The position numbers were made by a program, and so were the translations under genes. DNA of 64,000 bases from Octopus bimaculoides (Eukaryota): positions 129,728,798-129,792,797 of the forward strand of contig NC_068981.1 of NCBI RefSeq assembly GCF_001194135.2. Direction: 5' to 3'. The notes beneath the pieces were generated by a model. The model did no database searches, was not told the DNA's origin, and saw only the letters and a program-made list of their open reading frames with translations. Within the stretch, counting starts at the first letter, position 1. Each line of letters opens with the position of its first letter. This document shows, one piece after another, positions 39,897-51,967 of the stretch.

Positions 39897-40024
39897 TGTA
39901 GTGAAACCTCTCTCTCGGGCATTCAATCACAAATGATAACGAAGCTGCTAACATCTAGCCTTAGGCTGCCTTTCCCTTCTACGTCGACATCTCCTTTGGT
40001 TTGCACGGTCGAAGTATTACAAAC

Positions 40025-40042
40025 TGGTGACCCCGACGTGAT
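40025..40042 (+). promoter_or_regulatory. Primer-binding site complementary to tRNA-Trp 3' end
   Basis: TGGTGACCCCGACGTGAT is the reverse complement of ATCACGTCGGGGTCACCA, the metazoan tRNA-Trp(CCA) 3' end. It lies 3 nt after the 5' LTR. Confidence 0.88.
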
Positions 40043-40408
40043 TCTGTTCATGCAGTTTCTCTTTAATGGCGATTTTTTATGCCAGCTTTAGGACCAACCG
40101 TTTTTTCAGTTCTTTCACTACAATCATTTTTCTGTGTCATCTGATTTGTCTTCGACACACAGACTGGTGTGAGGCTATTGTAGTGAAACCTCTCTCTCCG
40201 GCTTTCAATCACAAATGATAATGAAGCTGCTAACATCTAGCCTTAGGCTGCCTTGGACCCTTCTGTCCTACATCCTGATTGGTTCTTATTTGTGTGGCAA
40301 TTGTCCCCATGTTCTGATTGCTAAGGGGGCATTACATCCAATCGGCGGCTTCAGATAAGATCACATGAGAAGGAGTTTTTCTGGGTTTCCGGTGAGCCCT
40401 TTTTTGCC

Positions 40409-40416
40409 TATAAATA
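40409..40416 (+). promoter_or_regulatory. Candidate TATA box in the long LTR
   Basis: TATAAATA ~230 bp into the 3' LTR, followed by GC-richer sequence. Confidence 0.45.
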
Positions 40417-41256
40417 AGCCCGATCCAACGACGGCAATCGTCTTCGATTCCAGATCTCTCTCAGGTCTGGTCGCTGACCACACATACAGAACACTGCTAC
40501 AGCCAGTTCCAGCGCCGACGTCTTCACCACAAATGTACTGTCTACCACAATGTCGTGCGCCAGCAACCCCACCACCAGGGACACACCAATATCAACACAC
40601 TCGGTTTTAAATCGACCCTGTTTGGGTGGATTGTTTCCACTCACGAACAACAGTCAGACCTAACCAGCGAGAATATTCTGTATCAGGTAAACGGTCACAG
40701 CATTCGACACTCAACACACATCTTGTGACTCCACAGCTCTGCTACTTGGCCACAACTCCCTGTGTATGAACATTCTATCTCCTTGTGTAATTCTAATACG
40801 AACTGGTATTTCTCTATCTCAGTGTTTAAGACTTGTAGTCTATGTTACAGACACTCTTTCTATTTTCTGTGTTCCACTCATTCACACGCACACTTGTACT
40901 CTCACATATTGTACAGACACTATAGCTTATACGACTGTCCGTCACTTCATATTGTTGTATACCTTCTCTTTTGTACATGTAGGCCTGACTTATCTACTGT
41001 GTTATTTTATATGCCGCATGCACGCGCACACAGACACAAACAGTTTCACTATGTTAATAAATTTATTCTCATTATATATCTAACGGTTGAGTTTGTCTTA
41101 AGTTCTTTTACTGGCACTATGGCTTGTATCTCTCACGATGCGCCTTTTATCTTATATATATATCTTGTTTTGTGTTCGACCGTGCGACATGGTAAAAAGG
41201 AGCCTTTTGCCGTCTACGTCGCCATCTCCTTTGGTTCGCACGGTCGAAGTATTACA

Positions 41257-41953
41257 AACTATATGGGTGACTAGGTTATAGCCGACACTGCCAGATATTT
41301 TGAGCATTTCTGCAGTGATTCCTGATGGGCCTGGGGCTTTCCCTGTCTTTATACTCTTGATTGCTTTATCTACCAAGGTACTGTCAATTAGTATAGCTGG
41401 TCCCTCTGTTGGGTCGACATGCAGTAGACTCTCTTCCTCTCATTCATTCTCTTTATTAAGCAACCTTTCATAGTGGCGTCTCCAAACCTCTCTCTTTGCA
41501 TCCTCGTTTAGTGCAAGTGAGCCATCATCCATGCGGACACATTTCTCTCCTACGACATCATGATTCTCTCACACACTGTTTTGCAACACGAAATACTTCA
41601 AGTCTTTGGTCCTCACGGTGCAGAACATTGGCAAATTTTTTCTTATTTGCTTCCCCTCCGGCTAAGTAAAACTCTCTCCTAGCTTCCCTTCTTGCAGTCT
41701 GATACAATTCCCTGCTACCTCCGTTCTTCCAGTCCTTCCAATCCTGTTTCTTTTGTCTAATAGCCCTGTCAACCACATTGTTCCACCACCACGTTACTTT
41801 GGGTCGAGAGGGGACTTTGCACCAGCCACAGATCTGGTCGGTGGCTCTCAGCAGGTTGTCCCGTAGAAACCTCCAATTGTCTTCCACGTTGTGTGATTCT
41901 ATATCCCCTTCTATTTCATCAAATACTTCAAGTAAGACATTTCTAAATCTCTG
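41257..41953 (-). mobile_element. RTE LINE fragment (EN-RT linker), upstream part of the 39411-39896 copy
   Basis: EDNWRFLRDNLLRATDQICGWCKVPSRPKVTWWWNNVVD..VDKAIKSIKTGKAPGPSGITAEMLKISGSVGYNLVTHIV joins NQVIHEG across the LTR insertion. Confidence 0.93.
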
Positions 41954-42929
41954 ATATGTATGTATATATTAGCCTTGAAGGGTACCTTTGAGGCCTTCAA
42001 CCCATTATTGGACCACTTTGTAGCCTTCTACCCTTGTGTAATGTAATAGACTTGAACACATTTATTGTTTATGTATCTTCTGGTATTAATTATTCGATAC
42101 CCCATTCCAAACTCCCTAACTGACATATATTCACACACCCATACCCATACACTCAATACCTATACTTCACTTGCACCAATACCTAAACCCCCATGTCCCA
42201 TTAACTTGTTTGTCCAACATGTAACATGAATTCCATCTCTGTAACAATGTGTCAGTGTATCAACCCTTGGACTGCTTTCTGCCAGCTTTGCTGATAGACA
42301 TACAGCTAGTTTCTAGTTTGACTTACATCTTCCTATATGACTTGACTTACAGCTATCTTTCTAGCCTTGAAGCTTCCCTTCAGGTGGCATTCAGGCTAGC
42401 TCCTGAAGAGAGCTTTTGGGAATTTTGTAGAGTATTCAGATAGAAAAAGCTCTAGAACCTTGGGGCTGAAGGCCTCCAAAAATGGGCCACTTATTGGTCC
42501 TCAAAACTACACTGGAACCTTTTGCTCCATTAAATCTTAGTTCAAGAGTATCATTTTTCAATCTCTTAAATCATTTCGTGTTTATTAATTGTAATATTTG
42601 TGGATAGAAGTATGAAATCACAAACCGTTAGGAGTAATTCGGTATGATAATTGTCAGGAGTAATTTTATTACTGATATCATACATTTATTATAGCATGAT
42701 GTATGGTTAATAATAACAAACACATTATAACCTCTCATGAATTTTACTATGTTGAATGTGTACATTGAAAATCATTTTATTTACAATACAATAATATTAA
42801 ATCATATTCATGTGTTTAATGATAAAACTCTAATTAGGAATCAGAACATCCCTAAACAGCAATCTTCAGTGCAGAAAGATTGCCTGTTCTTGAATGCTGA
42901 CATAATGCTGACCATGGGTAAATATTAGG

Positions 42930-43564
<635 letters not shown>

Positions 43565-43694
43565 GTTTACTGAGTGGCTTGGTGCATTGTCTAAAACAGC
43601 TATATTTTGGTGGAAATATTGTATCTGGCACTGTACCTACACCAGGGTACAGTTACAACCATTGTTTTCATAATTTAACTAAATATCTTTAAAA

Positions 43695-44090
43695 TCTTTT
43701 ATCTTTTACTTGTTTCAATCAATTAGACTGTGACCATATAGAGCATCACCTTGAAGAATTTTTTAGTTGAATGCATTGATCCCTGTACTTATTTTTTTTA
43801 AAGCCTGGTACTTATTCTATCAGTCTCTTTTACTAAACACACAAGCACTGGTTGTCAAGTAGTGGGTGGGGGAGACAAAGACAGACACAAAGATACATAC
43901 ACACAGATACACATACATATATACATATATACAATGGGTTTCCTTCAGTTTTCATTTACCAAATCCACTCACAAGGCTTTGGTTGACCTAAGACTATAGT
44001 AGAAGACACTTGCTCAAGATGCCATGCAGTTGTTTGAACCCCAAACCATGTGTTTGGGAAGCAAGCTTCTTACCACACAACCACACCTAT
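43695..44090 (-). mobile_element. Adjacent SINEs: family C (43695-43900) and family B (43930-44090)
   Basis: Sequence identity with the 24222 and 11975 copies respectively. Confidence 0.8.
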
Positions 44091-44588
44091 GCCTTAGTAT
44101 GATGTATGTTTTAAATTTATTGAAGACATAGCGATTAAAATGGTTTTCATTCTTTACTTAATTTCTTTGAAATATTCTTATGATTGCTACATTTATTGCA
44201 GTTTCTTTGAAATATTCTTATGATTGCTACATTTATTACAATTTCTGTTACAAAAAAAATTTCACTTTCCATTTTGAAGTTGACTTAATATATTAATTTT
44301 CATATCCAGAGAAATTTATTTTCTTGACATTTAAAAGTCTTACTCAGTTTCAAAAATATTCATCNNNNNNNNNNNNNNNNNNNNNNNNNNNNNNNNNNNN
44401 NNNNNNNNNNNNNNNNNNNNNNNNNNNNNNNNNNNNNNNNNNNNNNNNNNNNNNNNNNNNNNNNNNNNNNNNNNNNNNNNNNNNNNNNNNNNNNNNNNNN
44501 NNNNNNNNNNNNNNNNNNNNNNNNNNNNNNNNNNNNNNNNNNNNNNNNNNNNNNNNNNNNNNNNNNNNNNNNNNNNNNNNNNNNNNNN

Positions 44589-44636
<48 letters not shown>

Positions 44637-44639
44637 AAT

Positions 44640-44686
<47 letters not shown>

Positions 44687-44699
44687 TATATACATCGGT

Positions 44700-45055
44700 A
44701 CAGGCATGGCTGTGTGGTAAGACACTTGCTTCCCAACCACATGGTTTTTGGGTTCAGTCCCACTGCATGGAATTTTCGGCAAGTGTCTTCTGCTATAGCT
44801 TCGGGCCAGCCAAGGACTTGTGAGTGGATTTGGTAGATGGGAACTGAAAGAAGCCCATCATAAGTATATATTTGTATGTCCTCTCCACCACCATCACTTG
44901 ACAACCAATGTTGGTGTGTTTACGTTCCCTTAACTTAGTAATTCAGCAAAATAAACTGATAGAATAAGTACTAGGCTTACAAAGAATAAGTCTTGAGATC
45001 AACTAAAGGCAGTGCTCCAGCATGGCTGCAGTCAAATGACTGAAACAAGTAAAAG

Positions 45056-45056
<1 letters not shown>
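44700..45056 (+). mobile_element. Family B SINE (44700-44865) followed by family C repeat (44875-45056)
   Basis: GGCTGTGTGGTAAGACACTTGCTTCCCAACC..CTGAAAGAAGCCCATCA then CTTGACAACCAATGTTGGTGTGTTTACG..CAGTCAAATGACTGAAACAAGTAAAAGA. The same B-then-C arrangement is seen inverted at 43695-44090. Confidence 0.8.
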
Positions 45057-45133
<77 letters not shown>

Positions 45134-45624
45134 TCAAGTTGTGATGTTTAACTCCAAGTCATTATTGAGGAAGAACTCATAAAAGCAATTGAAGTAGAGA
45201 ATGAATGTACCATTGAAAATGTCACCTAAATCCAATATTATGGATGCAGTGGACATCTTAGCTGAATCAAGTTATGAATGTTGTTTGGCAAAACATGGCC
45301 AGACTATATCTGTTAATAGCAAAACCTGAATCAGTTAAACTGGTACATGAACAGACAAATCAAGGTGGGTGCCAAGAAGAGAATGGGTAACTGCTGGCAT
45401 GTATCTTACTTATATATTCACATATATAGATACATACATCTACATACTCATACAGGTTTTTTTTTTTTTACCAGCCAGAAGTCAGCTAGTTCCCAGAATA
45501 TTGTTGACATTGGGAAATGATTTAGTTTGAAGAAGTCACAGAACATCATGTGATTAAGTTGCTAGAATCCCATAGAGGTTGTTTGTCCAAAGAAAAACTG
45601 ATGATGTTAGAGCAGTGGTATAGG

Positions 45625-45878
45625 CGAGCTGGCAGAAGAAGGCGGCGAGCTGGCAGAAACGTTAGCACGCCGGGCGAAATGCTTAGTGGTGTTTCGTCTG
45701 CCGTTACGTTCTGAGTTCAAATTCCGCTGAGGTCGACTTTGCCTTTCATCCTTTCGGAGTCGATAAATTAAGTACTAGTTACGCACTGGGGTCGATGTAA
45801 TCGACTTAATCCCTTTGTCTGTCTTTGTTTGTCCCCTCTATGTTTAGCCCCTTGTGGGCAATGAAGAAATAAGAAGAG
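45625..45878 (+). mobile_element. tRNA-derived SINE (family A-related, CpG-rich, young) with short 5' duplication
   Basis: GGCGGCGAGCTGGCAGAAACGTTAGCACGCCGGGCG..GAGTTCAAATTCCGC; flanked by GGTATAGG (45617-45624, 45879-45886). Confidence 0.85.
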
Positions 45879-45949
45879 GGTATAGGAGCTTCACCCATTC
45901 TGATTGACTGCAAAGAATACGGCTAAAGGAATGGTTTTTATAGAGTGCA

Positions 45950-46850
45950 AGTCTTTACTAATAATGATCATAACTATGACTAGAAGTCAAAAGAGATCAT
46001 AAGCTCAATTCATATTGGGCTATGCATAGAGATTGTACACCATAAATACCACACAGTTTTGAATAAATTCTTCACCCTGCAGCAGATGCTGATGATAATG
46101 ATCTGTAAGGCAGAGGACAGTGCTCCTCCCCTTCCTTCCTGTAACTTGCATTATTCCACCTCCCATCACACTGCTGTCAACATCAATTGTGGCAATTATG
46201 TATTGTCTATTCTGTTTCCTGAATTAAGTTTTCTGACTCGTGTGTTCACTTGGTTGCTAGGAGATGAGGTGATTGGTTTCTTAAAGTTTGTGTTGTATGT
46301 AGATTATTCACATCATAGAACACCAGTTATCTTGATCCCTTCTCATTTGTTGTATGATGTCTATATACACCATAGAAGCTCTTGTAGTATTGTCCAGTAT
46401 AACCATTAAAATTTGCAGTCACAATAATGAGGTTGTTGTCATTTGTTTCTCAATTGTTTTGAATTAATCTGGAAGGGCCTCATAAAAGCTGTCCTTCAGT
46501 TCATCTGCCAGTCGTAAGCATGGTGTGTAAGCTGAAATAAATTTTGATGTTTTATTGTCTATATCTAGTCTAAGCATAATTACCTCATCACACATTCTGA
46601 TGACTACAATCACTTTATCTATACATTTTTCAGATGACACTATAGTAATTTACACCCACCCAATCACTATTATCTGTCCAGAAGAATTTGTATCACTGTT
46701 CAATGCCTGTGAGGAATTTGACTGAAGCCTCCTTCTAGCTTTAATTCTTGCACACAGCACACCTCCACTCACCTTCACTCCAACATCCCCATAATCTCTC
46801 CAGACTTATCTTTCATTGTGATGACATTGATGGTGACAACCTTAAACTTT
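45950..46850 (-). mobile_element. Ancient RTE LINE AP-endonuclease remnant
   Basis: Minus strand NDNNLIIVTANFNGYTG..FYGVYRHHTTNEKGSR*LVFYDVNNL resembles RTE ..VAGDFNGHVG..HGGYGFGSRNEEGTRLLEFCDANNL. Confidence 0.6.
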
Positions 46851-47429
46851 TTGATCTCAACGAAAGCAGGAGGAATTCCAGTATTGATTTAGCTGGATGT
46901 TGATTTACATTACTTTGTATGATTGCTTATTGATGATCAAAAAACTCTCACACATAGCAAGATAGTAAAATATACGAAGCCCAGTGTATCCATCTTGACT
47001 ACCTGTCTGATAAGGGTACCCCAGGCACATAAATCATATGTGCGTGACATGGTGATCTCAGATCAAGATAAACCGTGCATTACCTTGCAGGTGGGGCCCA
47101 GTTAGAATTTTCTTCAGATCGAGTAGCCCATCCTGCTCAAAAGGTCCCTGAATAAGGGTTGTTTAAGGGTGTTGAATGAAACCCCATGTTTCCAGAGGTG
47201 ACTTATCCAAATCCCAAAGAATTCCTCTCAATACATGGCTATGATGCTCCCCTACTACTTCTGCTCGTGATCAGAGATGCACATATCATCAGCCACTAAG
47301 AGACATGCTCAACTAGTTATGGTCAAGCAACAGACAAGCAAATCTGTGGTATTGAGCAGAATATTTGCTGTAACCCATCTCTTATACCAAGACAAAACAA
47401 TGTACGTAACACTTCCAATATTATTATTA

Positions 47430-48000
47430 TTATGTTGTTTTTTTTTCTTCTTTCTTCAAATTTTCTTCCATTTATTGCCGAGTGTTTTCCATACACCTAG
47501 GGCAGAGAAACACATTGTATGCATTCCCAGTTTACACACGTAAATTCACAGGTAAAATATGTATTTAAAAAAAAAATTAATAAATAAAAAAAATTCATGA
47601 ATGGATTTTGTTTTCACAGCGATAATGCTCTTCTCAGTACATGAGTCGTTCCAGTTAACACGATTTTTTGCACTTCCTGTAGGGATGGTAAACCTGGTAT
47701 CATTTTCAAATAGGTTTCAGTACCTTTTTTTTATCATTCCTAGAGATCCTACAATCACTGGTACGGTAGTCGCCTTGAGGTGCCACATTTTTTTCAATTT
47801 CTATTAGCAAGTCTTTATATTTATTGATCTTGTCAAATTCTTTCGCCGCTATATTATGATCGCAAAGAATACTCATGTCAATTAATAAACACATCTTCTT
47901 TGTCTGATCTTTTATAATAATATCTGGTTTATTAGCTTTTATAGCCTTGTCGGTATGTACGGGGAAGTCCCAGTGAATCGATACATTTTCTCCCTCATTT
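47430..48000 (-). mobile_element. R4/Dong-clade non-LTR retrotransposon 3' fragment (restriction-like endonuclease)
   Basis: ENVSIHWDFPVHTDKAIKANKPDIIIKDQTKKMCLLIDMSILCDHNIAAKEFDKINKYKDLLIEIEK(MWHLK)..TVPVIVGSLG has the PD..D..K REL motif. Bordered by (TTA)n on both sides. Confidence 0.85.
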
Positions 48001-48444
48001 ATTATTATTATTATTATTATTATTATCATTATTCAATTTGACTCAGGTTTGTTCTTATTCCTGGTACAATTTATGTGGAAAGTGGGTTACTACCTGTAAC
48101 CTTAGATATCCACAAGCTTTCAATAATCTTTTAAATGCACAAAGCCCGGATCTATTTTAAAATGGGGGCCACATTTTTCATTAATGTTTTACGTAGTGTT
48201 TTTGGTACAGAAAGACTTTCAAACTTCGTATACTTATCTATTTTGTGTTATAGAACAGAAAAATATTTTTGTATTCAAATTTATTTCATGTAAAAAATTG
48301 TCTTATTTCGATAATTTCAACCAATCACTGACAAGTATTCAGTTGTTTATATTTACTCCTTTGGCTGATTAAGCGATGTAAAGCATATTTAATCTCCATA
48401 CCTTCGTTTTATTTGCTTTTTTCATTTTAAATTTGCTTTAACCC

Positions 48445-48476
48445 TAACCCTAACCCTAACGTTAGGGTTAGGGTTA
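48445..48476. repeat. Perfect 32-bp palindrome of telomeric hexamers, (CCCTAA)n-(TTAGGG)n
   Basis: TAACCCTAACCCTAAC|GTTAGGGTTAGGGTTA. Confidence 0.9.
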
Positions 48477-48635
48477 ATTGTTTCAGAATCGTTTGTTTAT
48501 GTAGTCGGCACTTAATGTATATCNNNNNNNNNNNNNNNNNNNNNNNNNNNNNNNNNNNNNNNNNNNNNNNNNNNNNNNNNNNNNNNNNNNNNNNNNNNNN
48601 NNNNNNNNNNNNNNNNNNNNNNNNNNNNNNNNNNN

Positions 48636-49370
48636 NATAATCTTTCCTGTTCCTAAGAGGCAAACTTTCAGTAGAAGCTCTACAGCTTACAGTTCCTAAT
48701 GCTCCAATTATTACAGGCATAACCTTTATAATTTTTATTTTCCAAATTCTTGCAATTTCAAATTTTAAGGGATTGAATTTTTTAATTTTTCTTCTTTCTT
48801 TACAATCAAAGGGACATGTCAAATCGTCCAACCCATGCTAGCATGGAAAGCGGACGTTAAACGATGATGATGATGATGATGATGATAGATCAATTAGTAA
48901 GCAACTTCGCTTTTTCTTGTCTATTATTGTTGTATTTGTTTTTTTAAATTTTCTAGCTTATCTGTTTGAATAGGAATATCCCATAAAATCTTGTATTTCT
49001 CTGACTCAAGCAACTCCTTCAACCTGAAGATTGTACCAAGTACTTCCAGCTTCAAATCCCCATTTCTGACAAAGCTTCCAGTGCAAAACTTTCACAACTT
49101 GATCATGCCTATTTTCTCAAGTTATTTGTTTTTAATGCTTGATCTTGAGCTGTTATAATAAGGCTCTCTGCTCCTTTTTTCAGTTGTCCTTTTTTCAACC
49201 AACCCCAGGTTTTTGTTCCACATACATCCTCAGTGGCTTTCCAAAACTGACCATGCAAAGGTTTCTCTTCAATCTGCTTAACGCACTCTCTTTGAATTTC
49301 ATTCTTGTCCTTTTCTCCTATTCCACCCTTGATCACCTGTTCTTTATTCACTGCCTTTATTAATATCTCT
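48636..49370 (-). mobile_element. Second R4/Dong-like fragment, interrupted by an RTE 3' stub (~48815-48886)
   Basis: EEKPLHGQFWKAT..TWGWLKKGQLKKGAESLIITAQDQALKTNN..; LLID|CPFD..KFEIARIWK..VIIGALGTV. The stub has TCGTCCAACCCATGCTAGC..(GAT)n. Confidence 0.82.
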
Positions 49371-49569
49371 GGAAAAAAATGATTTGCAGTATTTGTTCTA
49401 GCTTTCTATGTCCTGAATTTAAATTCCCCTGTGGTCAACTTTGCTTTTCAATAAAATGAAGTACCAGTTAATTACTGGGTTGACACTATCTGCTGTTCCT
49501 CTCTCTTCTAAACTTTTGGCATTGTCCCTCTATTAGAAACAATTATTATGAGTGTATAGGTAGCATTGT

Positions 49570-50116
49570 CAGGGCATCAGACAAAATACCTTGCAATATT
49601 CCTTCTGGCGCTTTATATTCTGAGTTCAAGTCCTATTAAGGTTGACTTTGCCTTTCATTCTTACGGGATTCATAAAATAAGTACCAGTTGAGCACTGGGG
49701 TTGATGTAACTGACTAGCTCCCTCTCAGCCAAATTCCAGACCTATAAGTAATACAAAGGATTATTATTATTATTATTGCTGTTGTTGTTGTTGTTATTAT
49801 AATAATAATAATTATTATTATTAAGGCGGTGAGCTGGCAAAATCATTAGCATGATGGGTGTAATGCTTAATAGTATTTTGTCTGTCTTCATGTTCTTAGT
49901 TCAAATTCCACTGAGGTCAACTTTGCCTTTCATCCTTTCGGGGTCGGTAAAATAAATATCAGTTGAGTACTGGGATTGATGTAATTGACTATCCCTCTCC
50001 CCCACAATTTCAGGTCTTGTGTCTATAGTAAAAAGTATTATTATTATTATTATTTTTAAAGGCGGTGCTCCAGCATGGCCGTAGTCAAATGACTGAAATA
50101 AATAAAAGAGTTATTA

Positions 50117-50177
<61 letters not shown>

Positions 50178-50194
50178 TATTATTATTATTATTA

Positions 50195-50231
<37 letters not shown>

Positions 50232-50330
50232 CATTATCATCATTATTATTATTGTTATTAAGGCAGTGAGCTAGCAGAATCATTAGCTCATCGGACAAAA
50301 TGCTTGGTGCATTTCTTCTGGCTCTTTACA
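49570..50330 (+). mobile_element. Cluster of SINE pieces (families A and C) separated by (TTA)n tracts
   Basis: Copies at ~49570-49760, 49822-50040, 50058-50110 and 50260-50320; long (ATT)n at 50110-50258. Confidence 0.8.
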
Positions 50331-50750
50331 CACACACATGAATGTACGCGCACACACACACACACACACACTAAAAATTCAAGCTTTTTCCATAATGTTA
50401 AATTGCATAATGAAAGTGGATCAGATGGTAAGAAATTACACAAAAAATTTGTGCCATAATTATCTAAAATATAGAATGTTCTAAATACTTTAAGAAATAA
50501 ATATCTGATGCTCACAAAATTGGTCTATTTTAGAAGAAAAATGCCAAAAAGAAATTTTTTACCTAGAACAGAAAAAAAAACAAAACAATGGATTCATATC
50601 TTCTAAAGATCAAATCCCATTTGTATAATGCTGTAATGGACTAGGTGGTTGTTTCTGAATTACTAACTTACTGGACATAGTGACAGACTATAAACAACAA
50701 CAGTTTTTATGTACATGCAAACATAAACACAGACAAGGGAAAACACATAC

Positions 50751-50825
50751 ATATGCACACTCATGCATATGCACACTCATGCATATGCACACTCATGCAT
50801 ATGCACACTCATGCATATGCACACA
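50751..50825. repeat. 16-bp tandem repeat ATATGCACACTCATGC (about 4.5 copies)
   Basis: Direct reading of the repeat. Confidence 0.9.
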
Positions 50826-51319
50826 CAGATAAGATGATCATATTTTTATTCACATTTGATAATTGTTTAAATCTTGTTTGTATGGTTTTATTATTGATAA
50901 TATCATTAAAAATGTATTTCCTTGATTTCTATAATTTCAATTTGCTTGGCGATTCACAGAGCCAGATTGTCATAAAAACCCAGTCCTATCCATCCCTCTG
51001 TTTGTCTGTGCACATGCATGCACTTTATCCCTATATACAAAGTGGTATGTGTATACATATACATAGACATGCACTTTGTATGTTGGGTTATGTGTATATA
51101 TTGCCTATATAGCTACTCCCTTCATACATACTGAACAAGGCAGTTTCTAGATGCTATGTGTAATGTGTTTTGGCATTGTTAAACTTTTAGTCTTTTAGAA
51201 ACTAGACAATTCAAAAGTGCTTCAACAAATTTTACGATGAAAACTATTCAGCAGCCTGTAGATGTCAACTTAATTTAGTCCTTACCTGGAACAATATCCA
51301 GTCCTAACTTGTAAAGGCA

Positions 51320-51640
51320 CACAGCTTTGTGGTTAGGTTATTTGGCTCACAATCATAAGGTCGTGAGTTCAATTCCCAGTGGTGTGTTGTGTTTTTGAGC
51401 AAGATACTTTATTTCACATTGCTCCAATTCACTCAGGTGGCAAAAAAAGGTAGTACCTGTATTTCAAAGAGCCAGCCTTGTCACACTCTGTGTCATGCTG
51501 AATCTCCCTGAGAACTACATTAAAGGTACATGTGTCTGTGGAGTGCTTGACCATTTGCATGTTAATTTCATGAGCAGACTGTTCCATTGATCAGATTAAC
51601 TGGAGCCCACGTCATAACTGATGGAGTGCCAGTTAGTCAT
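51320..51640 (+). mobile_element. tRNA-derived SINE (family D head and core, different tail from 21425 copy)
   Basis: GGCTCACAATCATAAGGTCGTGAGTTCAATTCCC..TTGAGCAAGATACTTTATTTCACATTGCTCCAATTCACTCAG. Confidence 0.75.
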
Positions 51641-51777
51641 AACCTGAAACTATAGCATATAGAGACAAGTTGAGAGTAAATCCTTATTAAACATCTAGCT
51701 ACACACTAAATTTGTCACTGAATTTAATGCCAATTTCGACCTTGCTTACAATATACTTATACATAAATTAAACCAGT

Positions 51778-51967
51778 TTAACCCTTTAGCATTTAAACTG
51801 GCCATATCCAGCCAAAATATTTTACTTGTTTATTGCTCAAACTGGTCAAATCTGGTCTCTTACACCTACCCTACAATGTCATTATAAAAATGAGCAATCA
51901 AATCATTGAAATCTCAAAGCTACAAGATAATGCATAATTAATTCAAAAGAATGTGAATAAATAAACA
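51778..51967 (+). mobile_element. 3'-truncated TTAA/CCC-type (piggyBac-like) MITE
   Basis: Starts TTAACCCTTTAGCATTT; the missing 3' terminus is represented at 12126-12200. Confidence 0.6.

Larger units (their letters stand above)
39897..41256 (+). mobile_element. Non-autonomous LTR retroelement (TRIM/LARD-like) with asymmetric LTRs
   Basis: LTRs TGTAGTGAAACC...GAAGTATTACA at 39897-40021 (125 bp) and 40179-41256 (~1078 bp). PBS follows the 5' LTR; purine-rich GGTGTGAGGC lies before the 3' LTR. 4-bp TSD AACT (39893-39896, 41257-41260). Confidence 0.9.

Noticed and set aside
42455-42490. Additional hammerhead near CTGAAGAGAGC (~42404-42425)
   Set aside because: The complementary half of stem II and the GAAA are missing.
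48440-48480. Telomere-fusion scar
   Set aside because: An end-to-end fusion gives (TTAGGG)n then (CCCTAA)n; here the order is reversed and only five units are present.
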